A DNA stretch of 64,000 nt from Spirochaetales bacterium (GTDB lineage Bacteria > Spirochaetota > Spirochaetia > JABEVK01), in contig JBAXAI010000016.1 in NCBI GenBank assembly GCA_037142615.1, positions 463 through 64,462 of the forward strand. The letters are read 5' to 3'. The notes beneath the pieces are model-generated. The model had not been told where the DNA came from, did not search any database, and worked only from the letters and a program-made list of their open reading frames with translations. Below are positions 45,366 to 54,106 of the stretch, in pieces. Within the stretch, counting starts at the first letter, position 1. Each line of letters begins with the position of its first letter. Made by a program: the position numbers and the translations under genes.

Positions 45366-48300
45366 GGGCTTCCCAAGCCCTTGCCACCGCTTCGGCTTCG
45401 GTGAGGCGTTGCCCTTCGCTGGTCAGCTCGACATATTCTTGTGCCGACAGTTTCTCTTCACAGACGGCCATCGTGGCTTCGAGGGCTTGTTCCGCCAAAA
45501 GGGCAAAGTCCATTCCGATGGACGCCTTGAGCGCCAGGGCCGCCCCCTGCAGAATTACCGCCAAGCGCACTTCCCCCTCATGGCTGAGCAGGCGGGCGAC
45601 ATCGATGAGAGTGTTCACGACGGTCGATGTGTCACGAGCCGCCTCGGAAACCCCGAGCCCTTGGGCCAGCACGCGACGGCTCTCGTCCGAATCGCCTTTG
45701 CGGAACAACGCAGCGCCCAAAATAGACTGAGCAAGGGCCAAACTTCCGAGTTCGCCAATCTCGGCAAAGATTGCCACCGCCTCACGAGCCAGGTCGACGG
45801 CGAGCTCGTGCGAGTGTTGCAGGTCGTGCACATTCGACAGGTTGGCCAGGGTGCCGGCAATGCCCGACTTGTTCCCCATCGAGCGCCTGAGTTCGAGACT
45901 TTCCTGAAGCAGCACCAGCGCCTGCTCGTAGTTGCCTTCTTCGGTTTCGACGATGCCCAGATTGTTGAGCGAAAGCGCAATCTTGTGACGGTCGCCCATT
46001 TGTCGCTTGATCGCCAAGCTTTCGCCATGGAAGGCCCTGGCCCGCGCGTAGTGGCCACGGTTTTGGGCGATGGCCCCGAGGTAATTCAGCGCCGACGAGG
46101 TCGAGCGCGGATCGGTTGCCGCCCGTGCGCGTTCCAGTGCTTGTGTCAGCTTGGCTTCGGCCGCGTCGTAGGCCCCGGTTCTGGCCAAAAAAAGTCCCTC
46201 GTCGCACAGGCAGGCCGCCTCGAGAGCTCCCTCACCCAAACCGGCGAACTCGGACGTGGCCCGCTGAAGCAGGGTCTGGGCTTCGGCGCTTTCGCCCTTG
46301 AGGCCAAGGATCACCCCGACCCCGTAGACGGAACGAGCGGCCAACAGGAGATGTTTTCCGTTCTCGGCGAGAGCGAGGGCCTGGCGGTAGCAGGACACGG
46401 CTTCGTCGAGTCTGCCAACGGTGTCGAGCGTCTCGGCCCGGTCAAGCAAGGCCTGGGCCCGTTCAACGGGGTCCTGCAGCAGAGCCAGCAACCGCTCGGA
46501 GTACCCCAGCGCCGCCTCGTTGGCGTAGGCCTTCGCGGCCGCTTGGCCCGCCTTGCGGTAATACTCGATTTTCTTGGCCCGGTTGCCGGATCGCCCAAAG
46601 TGACTGGCCAAGGCATCCACAGGCAAGTTTTCGGCAAAGGTCGTCTCGAGCCAAAAGGCCAAACGTTCATGGAGCCTTTCCCGCAAGTCAAAGGGCAGGC
46701 TGGCGTACGACACCTCGTGGGTGATGATGTGCTTGAACAGGTAGCGAAGCTCGGGCTCAGGGGCGTCGAGCGGCGTCAGGTCGACCGATTCCATCACCGA
46801 AAGGGCGAGTTTGACGTCGGCCAACGCGCCCACCTCGGGCGAAAAGCCAGGCAGCCAGTCGGCGTTGAACAGGCGACCGACCACGCTGGCGACCTTGAGG
46901 GTTACCTTTTGGCGGTCCGACAACTGGTCGATGCGGGCAAGGATGAGTGATTGCAGGCTCTCGGGCATATCGAGGGCCGAAAAGGACTTTTCGTCGCTCG
47001 GGTCGATGCCCCGGTCGCGGAAGTAGCGGAACAGTTCCTCCATGTAGAAGGGGTTTCCCTGGGCGAGCTTGAGCAGCATCTCGAGAAACGGTGCCGGAGC
47101 ACCCTTGCGTTGTTGCGGGTACAAGGCGAACCACTGCGCCTGAGCGGCCTCAAGCATGGCGTCCCGGGGCAAATCACCCAGCACAACGGAACGAAGGCCC
47201 GACGTTTCGGCAAACCGCGCAAGGGACGAAGGGGGTTCCGGCGGCCGAAAGGCCAGCGCGAAAAAGATGCGCCCGTGCACCGTCGGCCCCAGCAGGTCGG
47301 CCAGGAGTTCCAACGAGACGGCGTCGATCCAGTGAAGGTCTTCGAGCACCACCAGCAAGGGTTCTTCGCGGGCCAGCGCGGCCAGCAGGTCACCCAACAA
47401 GGCGTGGAGGGCCGTCTTGCGCGCCAGCGGATCGAGCCCCTTGGTGAGTTCGGTGTCTTCGAGTTCCAACCCCAAGACCGGTGCCAGCAGGGGCAAGGCC
47501 TCGACCCGGTCCGGAAGCAGGTCCTCAAGGAGTCCTTCGACGGCGCGCAACTGGCGCCGAACGGGCGCGTTGGGGTCGATGTCGAAAAAGGCGTTCCAAA
47601 CCGAGCGCCAAGGCAAGTACGGGGTCTGCTGCCCGTCGGACTGGCACGCGCCCCCAAAGCTGGCAAACGAGGCCTCGCGCGCCCTACGGACGACCTCGGC
47701 CAGCAACCGCGACTTGCCCAGACCGGCCTCTCCCACCAGGGCGGCGCTCGAACGGTTTCCGGCGAGGGCTTCGTTGAGTCCCTGCGTGAGGGCTTCGAGC
47801 TCAGCTTTTCTCCCGGCAACCGGCTGAGTGTAGTCGGGCTCTTGGAGCCGGAGCGAGCGGTCTTTTCGCGGGCCGGCGATCACGAAGGCCTGAATCGGCT
47901 CGCTCTTGCCCTTCACCGTGAGCGGTGCGCCTTCTTTGTAGACGAATGCCGCATCGACGGCGAATCTCACCCGGCCGGTGACGAGAACCTCGCCGGCGGA
48001 GGCCTTTTGCATGAGACGGGCTGCCAGGTTCACCTCGTCGCCCAAAGCGCTGAACACCCGGCGGTTCTTGCCACCGTAGGTGCCGACAAACAGCGTCCCC
48101 TGGCTGATGCCGACGCGCACGGCCGTCAAGAAGTCGAGAGAAAGGCCCAGGTCGCGCACCGCCAAGCCTGTGGCAACCGCCCGGCGCGAGTCGTCTTCGT
48201 GGGCCCGGACGGCACCGAAGGCGAGGTAGGCGTAACTGCCCTTGTCGCCGATGGTGATCTGGAAAAGTTCGCCTCCGCGTTGTTCGGCCAAGGTCTGGAG

Positions 48301-49089
48301 TCGTCGCGTGAAAAGGTCCAGTTGTTCGCCCGCCACGTCGGAGTCCCAGTCGATGCCCTCGAAGTGCACAAACAGGGCCACACACGGCCGGAACTCGCCA
48401 AGAAAGTCCTGCTGACCGGCCAAAATGCGAGCGTGGATCGACCGGGGCACCCACGGCCGCAAGACCTCCACGGGCAGCTCGGCAACCGTTTCCTCGGCGC
48501 GTCGGGCCAGCGCAGGCCGGACGGCTGTGGGGGCGAGGACGAAGAACCGCGTCGAAGACTCGGCATCGAAGCGCTCGAACCTCACGCCCCCTTCGGGCAC
48601 GAAACCCCGGGTGGCTTCGTCGACCACGACCTCGCCCCGCTGGCTGTAGTGCTCACCCAGCGCCAACCTTGCGATGGTCGCACCGGCCAGCGCGTCATGG
48701 AGTTGCAGCGCCGGATCACCCGCGACCAGGCGCCGCACGGGCCCCGAAGCGACCGACAGCTTGATTCCGAGTTCGCTCTCGGCCCCGAGCGAGGCGAGCG
48801 CCCCCATCGTGTCCTGAAAGGCAAACGCGCAGTCGACCGCAAGCCTGGCAGCGTCACCGGGGTGCTCGTCACCGCCGAACCAGCACTGGATGGCGTCGCC
48901 GGCAAAGCCGATCACGCTGCCGCCGCGAGCTTCCACCTGTGATATCAAGGCGGAATAGACTTCATCGAGCCGCCGCCCCAGCTCCTCAGCTCCCCGCCGG
49001 GCTCCGAACTTCGCGTTCAGGGCCTCGGTAAGCGGGGTGAACCCAGAAATGTCGGCGAATAGGGCCGTGCCGTTTGCCCGTTCGGGCAA
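45334..49089 (-). CDS. tandem class-III cyclase-homology domains + AAA/STAND ATPase + TPR repeats (1251 aa)
   Basis: TTG start at 49089; there is no ATG/GTG/TTG further upstream in frame before the stop at 49188-49186. CHD1: ALFADISGFT and GDAIQCWFG. CHD2: ALFVHFEG and GDEVNLAARL. Walker A: GEAGLGKS. C-terminal TPRs. Confidence 0.85.
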   Translation of the reverse strand: MPERANGTALFADISGFTPLTEALNAKFGARRGAEELGRRLDEVYSALISQVEARGGSVIGFAGDAIQCWFGGDEHPGDAARLAVDCAFAFQDTMGALASLGAESELGIKLSVASGPVRRLVAGDPALQLHDALAGATIARLALGEHYSQRGEVVVDEATRGFVPEGGVRFERFDAESSTRFFVLAPTAVRPALARRAEETVAELPVEVLRPWVPRSIHARILAGQQDFLGEFRPCVALFVHFEGIDWDSDVAGEQLDLFTRRLQTLAEQRGGELFQITIGDKGSYAYLAFGAVRAHEDDSRRAVATGLAVRDLGLSLDFLTAVRVGISQGTLFVGTYGGKNRRVFSALGDEVNLAARLMQKASAGEVLVTGRVRFAVDAAFVYKEGAPLTVKGKSEPIQAFVIAGPRKDRSLRLQEPDYTQPVAGRKAELEALTQGLNEALAGNRSSAALVGEAGLGKSRLLAEVVRRAREASFASFGGACQSDGQQTPYLPWRSVWNAFFDIDPNAPVRRQLRAVEGLLEDLLPDRVEALPLLAPVLGLELEDTELTKGLDPLARKTALHALLGDLLAALAREEPLLVVLEDLHWIDAVSLELLADLLGPTVHGRIFFALAFRPPEPPSSLARFAETSGLRSVVLGDLPRDAMLEAAQAQWFALYPQQRKGAPAPFLEMLLKLAQGNPFYMEELFRYFRDRGIDPSDEKSFSALDMPESLQSLILARIDQLSDRQKVTLKVASVVGRLFNADWLPGFSPEVGALADVKLALSVMESVDLTPLDAPEPELRYLFKHIITHEVSYASLPFDLRERLHERLAFWLETTFAENLPVDALASHFGRSGNRAKKIEYYRKAGQAAAKAYANEAALGYSERLLALLQDPVERAQALLDRAETLDTVGRLDEAVSCYRQALALAENGKHLLLAARSVYGVGVILGLKGESAEAQTLLQRATSEFAGLGEGALEAACLCDEGLFLARTGAYDAAEAKLTQALERARAATDPRSTSSALNYLGAIAQNRGHYARARAFHGESLAIKRQMGDRHKIALSLNNLGIVETEEGNYEQALVLLQESLELRRSMGNKSGIAGTLANLSNVHDLQHSHELAVDLAREAVAIFAEIGELGSLALAQSILGAALFRKGDSDESRRVLAQGLGVSEAARDTSTVVNTLIDVARLLSHEGEVRLAVILQGAALALKASIGMDFALLAEQALEATMAVCEEKLSAQEYVELTSEGQRLTEAEAVARAWEALTSARSSSSP

Positions 49090-49165
49090 GGCGAACCCGC
49101 CCGCAAGCGAGCGGGCACGGTCCGAGGCGAGGTAAGCTTGAAGTGCGTGCAGCCCCGTCAGGTCG

Positions 49166-49378
49166 TCATCCCCATAAGTCCTTGGTCAGCTCCTCGATAG
49201 ACTGCTTTCGCCGGGAAGTTTCGTCGGCATCGATCAGGTAGCCGGCGCGCGTGTGTCGCAGCACATCGCCGGGTTGGGCTCCCGGTGGCAGTTCAGCGCG
49301 TGGCACGTCTTTCATCTGGCGCCGACTGTTCTCGCAGACGGCAAAGTCCCCTTCGATTCGGTCGACGACCCAGAACAT
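49166..49378 (-). CDS. DUF3006-like small protein
   Basis: Trimmed to ATG-49378 (GGGAGGA upstream). MFWVVDRIEGDFAVCEN... is typical of ~70-aa DUF3006 proteins. Confidence 0.5.
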   Translation of the reverse strand: MFWVVDRIEGDFAVCENSRRQMKDVPRAELPPGAQPGDVLRHTRAGYLIDADETSRRKQSIEELTKDLWG

Positions 49379-49492
49379 CGGCGTCCTCCCGGCCTGCGGC
49401 CGCTGGTATGGGAACACCATCGGTTCCCTCATGGTTGTAATCTGCATCTGTTGCCTCCGACTCACCTAACGAGGCTTGCGGAGGGTTTGCTT

Positions 49493-51136
49493 CTAAAAAG
49501 TCAGCTCGAGCAGCGAAAAATCGTCTTCAAAGTGATCCACACCGGCCAAACCCTGAATCTGGTGGAACAGCGCCTGGACGGTGGAGCCGAGGCCGGCCTC
49601 GTGGGCCTGATAGGTGAGCATCTCGCTGAACTCGCGGAACACCAGCATCTTGCCGCTGGACTTGCGGATCTCGTACACGCCGTCGCTGAACAGATACAGC
49701 CGGCTGCCACTGGTAACGACCTGCTCCCGGTTCTCGTAGGCATAGCTGGAATCGACGCCGATGATCATGTCTGTTGTGGTGAGCTCGACGGCCTGGGCGT
49801 TTTTCACTGGCGGTACCAGAAGGCCCGGGGGGGCCCCGGCGCTGGCGAAACGCAATTGCCGGCTCGACACGTCGTACACGCCGTACCAGATGGTGAAGTA
49901 CATGTTGTTCTGGTGTTCCATTTGGAAGTGCAGGTTGAGGGCACCGAGCACCGCTGCCGGATCGAGAAAGTCCGTGTGGGGCAGGCCCTGCGACCGCAGC
50001 ACATTCATCACCGAAATGGACAGCAAGGCGGCCCCGATTCCGTGCCCCGAAACGTCGAGCAGAAACAAAGCCAGCTTTCCGGGTTCCACCCAGTGGTAGT
50101 CAAAACAGTCGCCGCCGAGCTTGGCCGACGGCTGAAAAATCCAGTCTGCGTGAACGGGGCCATCGCCGAGCGTTTTGGGAAGGAGCTCTTTGACGTAGTC
50201 GGCGGCCTCGCCTAGCTCGCGTTCGAGCTGCCTTTGACTCTCGAGCAGGGCCTTGATGTACTTCTGCTCCTGGTCACGGTAATGCTTTTTGCTCAAACAG
50301 GCGCTGATGCGGGCCTTGAGCAAAATGGGGTCAAAGCTCTTGGGAAGGTAGTCTTCGGCCCCGAGGCTGATGCAGTGCACCACCGAATCGGTTTCGTCGA
50401 GGGCCGAAATCATGATGACGGGAATCTCGCGCAACACCGGGTCGCTCTTGAGCTTCTCGAGCACTTGAAAACCGTTGAGCCCCGGCATCAGGATATCCAG
50501 GAGCACGAGGTCAAAGACGTCCTGCCCCATGATCTGAAGGGCCTTGGTCCCGTCTTCGGCCCAAGTGACCCGGTGCCCCTGCCGCTCGAGGTGCCGCACG
50601 AGAATGTCGCGGTTCATTTCGTTGTCATCAACCACCAGGATTCGTCCCACGGTCTGATCTTTGAGCTCGGCAGGAACGGCACGTGAGATCTGGCCCATGG
50701 CGTAACGGTAGTCACCGCGGTCGATCTCTTCGTCATCGGTGCCCGTGACCTTGAGCTCCTGCTCCACCAGATCGAGAATTTTGCGGCCGGAGTCGAGGAT
50801 CTTGAGAACGTCGTCGAGCAGGTAGTCGGCGCCTTCGTCTTCACATTGCTTCTTGAGGCGCTGGCTGAGCCCCAGAATGATGTACAGCGGACCAAAGAGG
50901 TTGCGCCGGAAGCGGGCTGTATCGAACTCGTCGAGGGGCCTTCCTTCGAGGTAAAACGACTCCTGAAACACGCGGTGGATGTTTTGCGCCTCACGGAACA
51001 CGTTTTCGATGTCAACCGACAGCGTGGGAACCGGGGTCTCCTTGAGATCCTCAGCAAGAATCTCGGAGTAGCCCAGAATGTGATTCAGGTAGGTGCGAAG
51101 TTCGTGGCGAAGGTACTTCAGCGACTCGACTTTCAT
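49493..51136 (-). CDS. HisKA-like H-box domain - receiver - PP2C (SpoIIE/RsbU-type) phosphatase
   Basis: Trimmed to ATG-51136 (ATGA overlap with TetR). YLRHELRTYLNHILGYSEIL. REC: RILVVDDN...LLDILMPGLNG. PP2C: GGDCFDY...LLDVSGHGIGAALLS. No HATPase domain. Confidence 0.8.
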   Translation of the reverse strand: MKVESLKYLRHELRTYLNHILGYSEILAEDLKETPVPTLSVDIENVFREAQNIHRVFQESFYLEGRPLDEFDTARFRRNLFGPLYIILGLSQRLKKQCEDEGADYLLDDVLKILDSGRKILDLVEQELKVTGTDDEEIDRGDYRYAMGQISRAVPAELKDQTVGRILVVDDNEMNRDILVRHLERQGHRVTWAEDGTKALQIMGQDVFDLVLLDILMPGLNGFQVLEKLKSDPVLREIPVIMISALDETDSVVHCISLGAEDYLPKSFDPILLKARISACLSKKHYRDQEQKYIKALLESQRQLERELGEAADYVKELLPKTLGDGPVHADWIFQPSAKLGGDCFDYHWVEPGKLALFLLDVSGHGIGAALLSISVMNVLRSQGLPHTDFLDPAAVLGALNLHFQMEHQNNMYFTIWYGVYDVSSRQLRFASAGAPPGLLVPPVKNAQAVELTTTDMIIGVDSSYAYENREQVVTSGSRLYLFSDGVYEIRKSSGKMLVFREFSEMLTYQAHEAGLGSTVQALFHQIQGLAGVDHFEDDFSLLELTF

Positions 51137-51714
51137 GGTTTGAGGTGCTCCAGCTCGCGTTGGTACTGGGAACGCAGACGGCCGATTTCGGCGTCGAGGG
51201 CGGGCCCTTCCACGAGTGAGAGGGTCCAAAGCGAACCTGCAAGAAGCAAACGAAGGTGGAAAAAGGCCTGTTCGGCGTCGGCAGGAACCAGCGTCAGACC
51301 GCCTTGGCGGCCCTCTTCGAAAAATGGAACGAGCTTGGCACAGATGCGGTCGAGGTCCTGCTTGTGGCGCTCCCGGCGGGTTTGCGAAGAAAAGCTGCCC
51401 ACCAGAAGACTGTGAGCCCGGCGCAACAACCCCTCGGCCTGAGCGAACAGGTCAAGGGCCCGGCGGGCAAAGGCGATCTGCTGGTTGTCGACCGCCTCGT
51501 CGATGGCCGAAGCAAAAAGGTCCCAGACGCCGCTCAGCGAGGCAAGAAAAAGGTCGTCTTTATCCTGAAAGTAGTTGTAGAGGCTGCCAGGGGTAAAACC
51601 GACTCGGTCGGCGATCGCTTGGATGGTCGTCTTGCGGTAACCCAACTCGCCGAACACCTCAAAGGCGGCACGGAGAATCCGTCGGCGTTTATCGGCATGC
51701 TGCGAGCTGACCAT
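51133..51714 (-). CDS. TetR-family transcriptional regulator
   Basis: HTH RILRAAFEVFGELGYRKTTIQAIADRVGFTPGSLYNYF. ATG-51714 is preferred over TTG-51720. Confidence 0.85.
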   Translation of the reverse strand: MVSSQHADKRRRILRAAFEVFGELGYRKTTIQAIADRVGFTPGSLYNYFQDKDDLFLASLSGVWDLFASAIDEAVDNQQIAFARRALDLFAQAEGLLRRAHSLLVGSFSSQTRRERHKQDLDRICAKLVPFFEEGRQGGLTLVPADAEQAFFHLRLLLAGSLWTLSLVEGPALDAEIGRLRSQYQRELEHLKP

Positions 51715-51758
51715 CGTCAAATCCTAGTCGGCTTTGGCATGATGCGCAACTGATTCGG

Positions 51759-53414
51759 CTAACTCAGTTCGAAAAAAGTGCGGACCAAAGGGTGACGTCG
51801 GCCAATGCCAAAACTGACCGGCGACACCTTGAGAACCGGAGGCGCCTGCCAGCGTTTGTGCTCGGAAAGGGCTGTCAGTTTCAGGATGCGCTTGACGGTC
51901 TCGGGGTCTTCCCCGCGGGCGATGATTTCGGCCGCACTGCGCGACTCGAGCAGGTAAAGCGACAGAATGCGGTCGAGTTCCTCGTAGGGAGGCAGGCTGT
52001 CCTGATCGGTCTGGTCGGGACGCAACTCTGCCGAGGGCGGCTTACGGATCGTGTTCCAGGGGATGACCTCACTATTTCGGTTGATATGTTCTGCCAGGGC
52101 ATACACTTCGGTCTTGAACACATCGCCGATGACGCCCAGCCCGCCGGCCATGTCGCCGTACAGGGTGCAGTAACCGGTGGCTAACTCACTCTTGTTGCCC
52201 GTGGTCAGCAACAACGAGCCGGTCTTGTTGCTCCACGCCATCAGGTAGGCACCGCGCACCCGGGCCTGCAGGTTTTCTTCGGTGGTATCGGCGGGCCGGC
52301 CGGCGAAAACCGGGCCCAGCGCATCGAGAAAGGCCTGGAAAGGCCCCTCAATGGGCAACACGTCGAACACAACACTCAGGTTCGTCGCCAAAGCACGCGC
52401 GTCGTCGAGGCTTCCCTGCGAAGAGTAGCGGCTGGGCATGCCGAACCCGTGAACGTTGGCCGCACCAAAAGCCTTTACCGCGAGCACGGCAACGAGCGCC
52501 GAATCGATGCCCCCCGAAAGTCCAAGGTGGACCTTGGTGAAGCCCGTTTTGCGAGCGTAGTCGCGCAGACCCAGCACCAGCGCCTGCAGCAAGTCTTCTT
52601 GCTCGTCTTCGACGAGTTTGCGGGACGGGAGTGAACCCTCGGAGTCCCACAGTTCGAGACCCTCGAGGAACGACGGACCCTGCACCACCAGCGTGCCGGT
52701 TTTGTCGGTGACCAAGGCGCCGCCGTCGAACACCAGCGCGTCGTTGCCGCCCACCTGGTTCACGTACAGTACCGGCAGCCCAAAACGTTTGCCGACGCTG
52801 GCCATGATTCCGGTCCGCACGCGCTTTTTACCCGGATAGAACGGACTGGCCGAAGGCGAAAGGATAAGGTCGGCGCCCAGGCCGGCCAACTCGGCCACGG
52901 GGTCGAGGCCGTAAGGGTTGCCGTTGTCGCGGCTGACTTCCCACCACAGGTCTTCGCAAATGGCGATTCCGAGCTTCAAACCCTTCCACGAGAACACTTT
53001 GCGTTGGCCGGCGCTCTGAAAATACCGCCGCTCATCGAACACATCGTACGTGGGCAGCAGCGTCTTGGCCTGCTCGAACACCACAGCCCCACCCGTGAGT
53101 GCGACCGCAACATTGGCCAGCAGTTTTTCGGGAACGAGGCCTTTGCCGCTGGTCGCAGGCCTCACACAACCGACGACCACCAGCAACTCGGCGGGAAGCT
53201 CGCGGGCCAGCACGTCGAGAGCCTTTTGGTTTTCGGCCAGAAACGAAGGGAACGACAACAGGTCGAGCGGGGGATAGCCGCACACGGCCATCTCGGGAAA
53301 CACCACCAACTCGGCACCAAGCCCACGGGCCTCGTGAGCCCGATCGACGATGAGGCGGGTGTTTCCGGTGAAGTCCCCCACCTTGGGGTTGATCTGGGCC
53401 AGGGCAATTTTCAT
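51759..53414 (-). CDS. nadE: glutamine-dependent NAD+ synthetase
   Basis: N-terminal CN-hydrolase domain (VVFPEMAVCGYP, IAICEDLW) and C-terminal synthetase with LGLSGGIDSALVA. ATG-53414 (the ORF track starts at TTG-53420). Confidence 0.9.
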   Translation of the reverse strand: MKIALAQINPKVGDFTGNTRLIVDRAHEARGLGAELVVFPEMAVCGYPPLDLLSFPSFLAENQKALDVLARELPAELLVVVGCVRPATSGKGLVPEKLLANVAVALTGGAVVFEQAKTLLPTYDVFDERRYFQSAGQRKVFSWKGLKLGIAICEDLWWEVSRDNGNPYGLDPVAELAGLGADLILSPSASPFYPGKKRVRTGIMASVGKRFGLPVLYVNQVGGNDALVFDGGALVTDKTGTLVVQGPSFLEGLELWDSEGSLPSRKLVEDEQEDLLQALVLGLRDYARKTGFTKVHLGLSGGIDSALVAVLAVKAFGAANVHGFGMPSRYSSQGSLDDARALATNLSVVFDVLPIEGPFQAFLDALGPVFAGRPADTTEENLQARVRGAYLMAWSNKTGSLLLTTGNKSELATGYCTLYGDMAGGLGVIGDVFKTEVYALAEHINRNSEVIPWNTIRKPPSAELRPDQTDQDSLPPYEELDRILSLYLLESRSAAEIIARGEDPETVKRILKLTALSEHKRWQAPPVLKVSPVSFGIGRRHPLVRTFFELS

Positions 53415-53449
53415 AGACAAGTTTCCCCCGGCAGTATACTATCCCGGGC

Positions 53450-54106
53450 ATGGGAAAGACAATCTTGGTCACTGGAAAAGACAGTTTTCTGGGTAACGAG
53501 ATCACCCGCTCTTTCCTCGGCCAAGGCCATCAGGTGGCCGTCGGCGTTCCAGCCCGCAAAGAGGCTTTTCCGTCGCTGGATCCTGGCAAACAGGTGTTCA
53601 CGTTCCCCTGGAACCGGCGCTCAGCCGTTGCGGCCAAGAACTTCGTGCTCCAGTCTGAACTCGAGCTCGGCACGCTGAGCGAGGCTTGGGTGCTCATCAC
53701 CCCCGAACGAGAAGCCTTTGCCCTGAATGAACTTCCGCCGCTGACCATCGACGAGACCATCGACGCCAACGTCAAAGGTCTGGTCTATCTGGTACGCGAA
53801 CTGGTGGCGCGGCAAGCCACCCAACCCCAATTCGCTCTGCACTTTGTCTTTTTCGAGGAAGACCCCAGCTCGCTCCCACCGCTGGCGGCGCTTCAGTTCT
53901 TTGGCCTACGGGGGGTGGTGTCGTCGGTGTTGGCGCAGGCCCGGCGCAAGAGCTTGCCGGTGTGGGCCTACGACACGGTGTTGCCCCAAGCCGAGGCCTA
54001 CGCCGCCTGGCTCTTGCAGCCCAAGGCGCACCTGCCCGGCCGGTGGAACATCCATGGTGAAAAGAAATCGCTGAGGAATCTGTTTTCGAAGAAGGACAAT
54101 GCATGA
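53450..54106 (+). CDS. Rossmann-fold SDR-like protein, apparently degenerate
   Basis: KTILVTGKDSFLGNEI dinucleotide-binding-like start. I could not find a YxxxK catalytic motif. 218 aa. Confidence 0.45.
   Translation: MGKTILVTGKDSFLGNEITRSFLGQGHQVAVGVPARKEAFPSLDPGKQVFTFPWNRRSAVAAKNFVLQSELELGTLSEAWVLITPEREAFALNELPPLTIDETIDANVKGLVYLVRELVARQATQPQFALHFVFFEEDPSSLPPLAALQFFGLRGVVSSVLAQARRKSLPVWAYDTVLPQAEAYAAWLLQPKAHLPGRWNIHGEKKSLRNLFSKKDNA

Noticed and set aside
45334-49089. The cyclase/STAND protein as an antiphage system (Avs-like STAND, or a Pycsar-type cyclase with an effector).
   Set aside because: The architecture matches regulatory cyclase-ATPase-TPR proteins. There is no nuclease, TIR or TM effector domain in the protein or in an adjacent operon, and no other defence genes are nearby.
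49090-49188. A longer N-terminus for the cyclase protein. The upstream in-frame sequence PRTYGDDDLTGLHALQAYLASDRARSLAGGFA looks protein-like.
   Set aside because: There is no ATG/GTG/TTG in that stretch, only CTG codons. The TTG-49089 start already leaves a complete ER-x-x-x-x-ALFADISGFT domain entry. The stretch also overlaps the DUF3006 gene's 3' end.
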